A stretch of 32,000 bases of DNA from Mycoplasmoides genitalium G37 (GTDB lineage: Bacteria > Bacillota_I > Bacilli_A > Mycoplasmatales > Mycoplasmoidaceae): NCBI RefSeq assembly GCF_000027325.1, contig NC_000908.2, forward strand, positions 300,001 through 332,000. Direction: 5' to 3'. The notes beneath the pieces were generated by a model, which saw only the letters and a program-made list of their open reading frames with translations, did no database searches and was not told the DNA's origin. This document shows positions 31,187 through 32,000 of the stretch, in pieces; position 1 is the first letter of the stretch, and every line of letters begins with the position of its first letter. The translations under genes and the position numbers were made by a program.

Positions 31187-31215
31187 TACCTAGCTCTAAA
31201 AAATAAAGCTAGGTA
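31187..31215. promoter_or_regulatory. Hairpin upstream of the Cys-rich micro-ORF
   Basis: Perfect 9-bp inverted repeat TACCTAGCT / AGCTAGGTA with an 11-nt A-rich loop. No immediate T tract, so not a classical terminator. Confidence 0.45.
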
Positions 31216-31234
31216 ACTATATTTTAAAAAAGTG

Positions 31235-32000
31235 TTATTTTAAAAGTTGATTAACTGCATCAATAACCCGTGCATTAATTTCAAACTGGTATTTTTCACC
31301 TCTAGCTAAAGGCACAACAATATCAAACCCAGTTACCCGTTGTGGGGCTTTTTTGAGATAAGTGAATAGTTCTTCAGTTACTGAAGTGATAATCTCTGCA
31401 CTTGTAGTGAAACTTTTCACCGCTTCAGTCACTACAAGTAGTCTTCCTGTTTTCTTCACTGAGTTAAATACTGTTTGTTTATCTCAAGGGGAGATAGTAC
31501 GCAAGTCAATTAACTCAATTCCCTTATCTTTCAATTCCCCGCTGTAAACTAAGTTAATTAAATCAAACATTGTAGGACCATAGCTAACTATTGTAAGTTC
31601 ACTACCTTCACTAATCAAGTTGGCTTCACCAATAGGGACAGTGTAATAATCACTAGGAATCTCCTGACGAAAAGCACGATAAAGCTTCTTTGGTTCAAAA
31701 AAGATAACAGGATCAGGTGATTCAATAGCAGCTAGAAAAAGTCCTTTGGTATCATAAGGATTTGATGGCATCACTGTTTTAAGCCCAGCAATCTGTGCAT
31801 AAATTGCTTCCAATGTTTCACTGTGGTGTTCCAATGCTTTAATCCCCCCACCCATTGGCATCCTCACTACTAGTGGAGCGGTATATACACCACGAGAACG
31901 GTTTCTAATCCTAGCAGCATGGACAAAGATTTGAAACATAGCTGGGAATGAAAAGCCTGAAAACTGGATCTCTACAATAGGTTTAAGACCACCTATAGCA
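31235..32000 (-). CDS. pdhB: Pyruvate dehydrogenase E1 component beta subunit, C-terminal part (5' end outside window)
   Basis: Fragments 31235..31459 and 31484..31939 in frame: AIGGLKPIVEIQFSGFSFPAMFQIFVHAARIRNRSRGVYTAPLVVRMPMGGGIKALEHHSE. Confidence 0.96.

Noticed and set aside
577-31939. Apparent widespread pseudogenes (broken glyS, cysS, leuS, dnaE, pdhB ORFs)
   Set aside because: The interruptions I examined are TGA codons at positions compatible with Trp. This is genetic code 4, not gene decay.

Overview
AT-rich window read with genetic code 4: TGA is tryptophan, which is why the supplied ORFs are fragmented. Gene order and protein motifs identify it as the Mycoplasma genitalium chromosome, approximately the MG251-MG273 interval. 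This rests on recall of gene order, sequences and lengths, not on a search. Contents: glyS, rlmB-like, cysS, ligA, tRNA-Gly, two hypothetical ORFs, tRNA-Arg(CCU), tRNA-Trp(CCA), a membrane protein, rpmE, prfA, a prmC-like gene with a YrdC/TsaC-like C-terminus, a large lipoprotein gene, an MgPar-type silent repeat of mgpB/mgpC fragments (about 12.83-15.23 kb), tRNA-Arg(UCG), a 76-aa ORF, dnaE, a stand-alone PolA-type 5'-3' exonuclease, mutM/fpg, a HAD phosphatase, coaE, a second HAD phosphatase, leuS, a small membrane protein, a deoxynucleoside kinase, SRP RNA, a coiled-coil protein, a small membrane protein, lplA, pdhD, pdhC and pdhB. I see no defence system, CRISPR array or canonical transposon. 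The best second-look items are: (1) a 23-aa ORF with 8 cysteines between pdhB and pdhC, flanked by a hairpin and a terminator; (2) the mosaic architecture of the mgpB/mgpC archive, with a 363-codon open frame and an AT-rich degenerate-repeat spacer; (3) the PrmC-YrdC fusion; (4) an ORF with no early canonical start, overlapping the MG255 3' end at a T6 tract and ending inside a tRNA gene; (5) a DnaE with an altered PHP motif.
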